This document shows, in pieces, positions 58,398 through 64,000 of a stretch of DNA of 64,000 bases. The DNA comes from Eledone cirrhosa (Eukaryota), in NCBI GenBank assembly GCA_964016885.1, contig OZ024742.1, positions 19,902,001-19,966,000 of the forward strand. The letters are read 5' to 3'. The notes beneath the pieces were generated by a model. It saw nothing but the letters and a program-made list of their open reading frames with translations, was not told the origin of the DNA and did not search any database. The translations under genes and the position numbers were made by a program. Numbering within the stretch: position 1 is the stretch's first letter; each line of letters opens with the position of its first letter.

Positions 58398-59308
58398 AAG
58401 CGGGCGCAGCAATCAGTGGAGACTCCACTTCGACATTTTATAGAGGGACTGTACGTTACAAGGGCGACGACGTGCTCGGAGAGAATCTGGGCGTCGAAGA
58501 CGATGAGCTCACCAGTCTGTTTGGTAGGACTTTCCGCCCGGGACCTATGGACAACTTCCAGAGGTCCCTGGCCTGGCAGTGCTACCGAGGAGCTCTACCG
58601 GTTCGTGACAAGATCTACAGGCACGGACGCCCTGGCAGGGATCCTTCCAAGAGGACGTGTTCAAGATGTGCGCAGGACATTGAAACAGTTCTGCACGAAA
58701 TTGTACACTACCCGGGCGTAAGCGACCTGTGGAACTATGCAGAACAACTGCTGTCGCGTATGGGACAAATCCAGTTGACTGCCGAGTCCATAGTAAGGAT
58801 CAAACCGCCAGACTCTTTCAAAAACGAAAGAGAGGCGGTTTTCCTCTGTACGGTGGCTATGGTGAAAGAAGTTATATGGTGGACGAGATTGAGAGGACTG
58901 AGGTCAGATACCTTTCTCTCCGGACAACAATTGATTCCCTTCTTTAAGTATCACTTTAGAAGGAGAATCAGGGTGGAGAGAGAGGCACTGCACCCCAGTA
59001 AATTTACTGAAATGTCGGTGAATGAAGCGAGAATGGCTCGAGTGATTGGGCCTTCTCTGTTTATAAGCCTGTAGGTTGAGGAAGAGAGCAAAAGGAAGAA
59101 ATGAGCACTTGCACAACACGCTCCTGGAGTTGAGGGTTGTTCTATCGACGGGGTATTAAACAACCCATTTGTGGCGCCTCCCCCCTATTGGGGATTTCGA
59201 TTGTTGAAATTGTTTGTTTTTATATTTTTTACACGACTGTATGTAAAATCCCCGGCATGTCTTTGTATTGTCCCCTTTTCTTGTTGCGCCCTTGTGGCTA
59301 ATGAAGAA
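58398..59308 (+). mobile_element. 5'-truncated Tx1/L1-like LINE (zf-RVT region plus 3'UTR) inserted in (TCTA)n
   Basis: ORF 58472-59074: W..YRGALPV...CSRC...ETVLH....P....LW. (TCTA)n on both sides. Confidence 0.8.
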
Positions 59309-59398
<90 letters not shown>

Positions 59399-60154
59399 GT
59401 ATATATGTATATATATATATATATATGAATAAACAGTGTTGTCTCTGATCGTGACAAAGCGATAGTATATATAAATACATAAAAAAATGACACAACTCAT
59501 CGCTAGAACAGCTGTGGGCAACAATGACTCAGGGGACAGAGACCAGTAGCCAGGATCGACAGAGAAAGAATCCACAAGGTGGGTGACGGGCAGATAAAAT
59601 ATAGAAAAGATTGAAAGAGAAGGACAAAGAGAAGTGTGTTAGTGCATAGAAGTGACTGGAAGAAGGAAATAAAGAAAGATGATGTATAAGAGAAGTTTAA
59701 ACAATCTTCACCCTCATTAGCCCTCAAGTCGACAAAATGGATTCGCTCGATTTAATTGAGAATACCATTCTAAAAATGCTAAATTGGTACTATCAATTAA
59801 ATCGACGTTCCCCTAACCCCTCAAATTGGTGGTCGTGTGCCAAAATTAGAATCATCGTATCGGTAGAGTGTCGGATAATAGGCTTTGCGACATATAGTTA
59901 CGGTTCTTTACGGTCTGAGTTCAAATTCCGCCAAAGCTTTGCCTTTCATCCTTACCGGGGTCGATAAAATAAAGTACCAGTAATACACTAGGGTCGATTT
60001 AATCGACTTTCTCCTCCCCCACTACTGTTGGCCTTGTGCCTAAATCAGAAACCATTATTGTAAATAATCATCCATTCAGATTTTATATAATACAGTTCTT
60101 GTTATTCATATATATATAACGAAATATAAAAAAAATGACAACGCAGAAGTACAA

Positions 60155-60196
<42 letters not shown>

Positions 60197-60639
60197 TTTA
60201 TTCTTATAGTTTCTGTGTGGGTTTTGGTGGTCGTCTCCTCAAGTCTGCTTCTTCTGGTATTGTTTGGTTGAAAGAAACTAAAGTAATTGTTGAATACTAA
60301 GTTAGACCAACAACAGCTTGGCTACTTACTCAAAGAGACACCTGAAGACAATCACTAACAATTGTCTTGTTTCCAAGTACCTTGGAATCACTAATATCGT
60401 GCCTCTTGGCCATATATCTATATATTCCTTTCAAATACATGTATACAGGTAATTAACTGCCCACGCAAATACACACACACACACACAAACACACATGCTC
60501 AAACATACACACACACATGCACACATGCCCAACACACACACTCAGAACGCGTGACGCACATACACACATACTCAAACATACACATCCATGCTCACACGCA
60601 CACACACACACATTCACACATGCATGATTAATGATTACA

Positions 60640-61145
60640 TTGTTGGTGTTGGTGTTAGTGTTGGCGTTGTTGTTAGTCTTGGTGGCGGTGGCGCTGTTGG
60701 TGTTGCTAGTCTTGGTCTTGGTGGCGGTGGCGATGTTGGTGTTGGTGGTGGTGGCAGTGTTAGTGTTGGTGGTGTTTGTGTTGGTGGTAGTGGTGGTGTT
60801 GGTGTTGGCGGTGGTGGCGGTATTGGTGTTGATGGTGGTGGCGGTGTTGGTGTTGGTGGTGGTGTTGATGTTGGTGTTGGTGGTGGTGGCAGTGTTAATA
60901 TTGGTGGTGTTTGTGTTGGTGGTAGTGGCGGTGTTAGTCTTAGCGGTGTTGGCGGTGTTGGTGTTGATGGTGGCGGCGGTGTTGGTGTTGGTCTTGGTGG
61001 TGGTGTTGGTAGTGATGGTGGTGGTGGTGGTGGTGGTGGTGGTGGCGGTGTTGGTGTTGGTGTTGTTGGTGTTGGTCTTGGTGGTGGTGGTGGTGGTGGT
61101 GTTGGTGATTGTGGCGGTGTTGGTGTTGTTTTTGTTGGTGGGTGG
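60640..61145. repeat. (GGT/GTT)n low-complexity tract
   Basis: Sequence. Confidence 0.9.
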
Positions 61146-62535
61146 TTGTTTAGAAACGTTGTGGCTTGTGGTAATGGTGTTACTGGTGGGAGGAGAGAGA
61201 AATAGATAGAGTGAGGAGGAAGTGAGAAAGAGATATAGATGAAGAATCGATCCCAGTACTGGACTGATACTTTATTTATCGACCTTGAAAGGAGACAGGC
61301 AAAGAATAACTGGTCATACAACCTGGCAAAAATTGACAAAACTCTCCATTAAATAGTGTTTCTACTTTAAGCACCAGGCCAGCAATTACCCAGTGCATTA
61401 CTGGTACTTTATTTTATCGACCCCGTAAGGATGAAAGGCAAAGCTAACCTCGGCGGATTTGAACTCAGAACGCAAAGGGCTTTTACTCTAAGCTGCAACG
61501 CATGGTGTCTGACGCTCTACCGATACTGCCAAACCACTCTCCATTAAATAGTAATATTCTTTTCTCTCCAAACACAACATTAATACCTCTGATATACGCC
61601 GGGCTACTATTTATAGTACTGAGAACATGTATTGTAATCATAGACATTTCACTGACACAAACGCCTGATATTGTGGTTTGAGAGCACAAACTGAGGACAT
61701 GGTCTCTTGTAGAAGTCAGTTGATGTTAATGTCAGAAAAATACAAGAGACAGGGGATAACTACAAATTATTGAAGAGGAGTTTGCAGATCTATGTCTAAA
61801 ATCGTCTCGAACATGAAGGTTCATCAGGCCGGTACTTATCCAGGTTTCTGTGGTGAGAAGCAACAGAGAGTACAATACTCCCTCCTGGATAGGACGCCAG
61901 ACCATTGCAGGATTAAACCCCCCAGCTATGTTGGTACTCATTTTCAGTTGAATATACTGGAGCAACATGAAATGAATTTTTTTTGCTCAACAATACACAA
62001 CCTGGCCAGGAATCAAACACACGACATTATGATCGTTAGTCCAACACCCTGAACACTAGGTCACGTGCCTCTACCTTTGCTGATCTAGTATCCAATATAC
62101 ACATCAAGTTTCATAGCTATTATTATTGGAGCTACAATACATATATCAAGCCAGCTGGAAGAAAGTATCACTGAACTTGGTTTATTGGAGAAATAACGCA
62201 ACGTCTAACATTCCTAAGCTTCAGATACAAATGACCACGACATCTGGACACTTTTAAATATGTAAATCATGTTCAAAGTATGAACGATTACACAAAGGAC
62301 GACAGAAATTTTCTTTTCTTTACAATCTTGCCTCCGGGAAGATGGCCGCTCAAAATTATCTCCAAATTAAGAAAAAGATACATAGATTTATACATACATA
62401 CATACATACATACATACATACATACATACATACATACATACATACATACATACATACATACATACATACATACATACATACATACATCTATAGACACATA
62501 TTTCTAAACAGATAAAGGCTTCAATGGAAAAGAAG

Positions 62536-62567
<32 letters not shown>

Positions 62568-62746
62568 CAAGATAGTAGAATGTGTGTGAGAAGAGTGGAA
62601 CCAATGTGATTAAAGTGTCTAGTAAATGGCTAGCTGGTTTATTCTCTCCGCCTACACATAACATACCAAATACACTGACACAGACACACACAAACACACA
62701 CACATGCACACTTACACACGCACTTATTCACACCCACATATAATAC

Positions 62747-62840
<94 letters not shown>

Positions 62841-62842
62841 GT

Positions 62843-62916
<74 letters not shown>

Positions 62917-63033
62917 ATATATACACACACACGCACGCACACACACACACACACACACTCTCTCTCACACACACATACACACATATATATATATATATAC
63001 ACACACATATATATATATACATACATATCTATA

Positions 63034-63400
63034 TCTATATATAATATAAAAGAAAGATGTTTATTGGTTGGCTGGCTGGTTGGTTGGTTGAATCACACGA
63101 AAAGTATACACACACACATCTAAAGAGAGAGACACAGAGGGAGAGGCAGAAAGAGAGAGAGAGGCAGAAAGAGGGAGAGGCAGAAAGAGAGAGAGAGAGA
63201 GAGAGAGGGGTGTGGGAGAGAGAAAGAGAGTAACGGCCCACGAAAATCTAGAAACGGCTTAAACTATTGATCCGCTGATCTATAGGAAGGTTTAACAATA
63301 TTACGTTAGCTTTTATAAAGTAGTTTTACAGTTTTTGATTTTACTGAACAAAGGAAAATTGATACTATTTGAAATTAATCTGCCCTCCAGCTTTTACTCA
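63034..63400 (+). mobile_element. Possible Helitron 5' portion
   Basis: A|TCtatatataatataaaagaaagatgtttattggttgg...atcacacgaaaa, similar to 45460-45510. No 3' end seen. Confidence 0.4.
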
Positions 63401-63409
63401 TATACTACT

Positions 63410-64000
63410 TACAGTCCGTACCAAGGAAGCAACTCTTTAGAAGCAATGTTATGCAGCCTTGGATGTAGTTTAAAGGTGATGCCAATGCAGATAATGTAGC
63501 GCTCACGGCGGCGTTGATGAGAATAAAGTTTGAGTTTTTCTAGTCGACTCCAATAGTCAAGGCCTGTTATGCCATCTGTCTTTTTCGTGATTAACATTTG
63601 AGGAGCTTCAATTTTCATGGTACTTCGTTTCGTGTGGGGAGACCATAGTGGACAATAGTATTCAAGGTGGGGTGGGCAAAAGTGGAGAAGAGAAAGATAA
63701 CAGTGTGGATATCTCTCGACTGGAATGTTTTGAGGATCCAGGAACACATTCTGCGGACCATGTCAACTTTGCTGTTTATGTGAGTGGCCCAGTTTATGTT
63801 GTTGTCCACAATTACTCCCAAATCTCTGATTTTGTTGGATGCCACGAGAGGTTAACCTGAAGGAAGGGAGTATGGGAGTTTCTGGGCATCCTCTATTTCA
63901 AAGTGGATTAAATGAAATTTATCCTCGTTCAGCAGCATATTATTCTTTTCCGCCCATTGGATAACAGCCAGTAGATCTGATTGGAGGCATATCCAGTCAC
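63410..64000 (-). pseudogene. CR1/L2-group LINE RT C-terminal fragment, continuing beyond the window
   Basis: LQSDL..V..WA..NNMLLN..K; IRDLGVIVD; LEYYCPLWSP; Y.SRLEKLKLYS..RRRER. Frameshifted. Confidence 0.85.

Noticed and set aside
60588-61339. Gly/Val-rich and Pro/Thr-rich ORFs (also 5542-6147 and 51217-51885)
   Set aside because: Low-complexity repeats open in multiple frames, with no signal peptide or splice support.

Overview
AT-rich, repeat-dominated animal genomic DNA. The tRNA-derived SINEs resemble those of octopod cephalopods (inference, not searched). Almost all ORFs in the supplied track are microsatellite or satellite artefacts. Real coding remnants are two Penelope-like elements (RT plus GIY-YIG), Tx1-like, RTE-like, CRE-like and CR1/L2-like LINE fragments, a Helitron helicase end, and a tentative chain of small minus-strand host exons. 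The main signal is about 13 insertions from roughly 8 unrelated families sitting in (TA)n tracts. Most carry type I hammerhead ribozyme (HHR) motifs and are folded back into copy-specific inverted repeats. The inverted arm stops at a TA microhomology short of the 3' tail, and in the shortest copies the turn lies inside an HHR helix. The HHRs include one with a stem II of about 105 nt and one with a compensatory U3-A8 core. A block of three abutting satellites of about 12 kb lies at 28.1-40.4 kb. Coordinates were counted by hand and may be off by a few nt.
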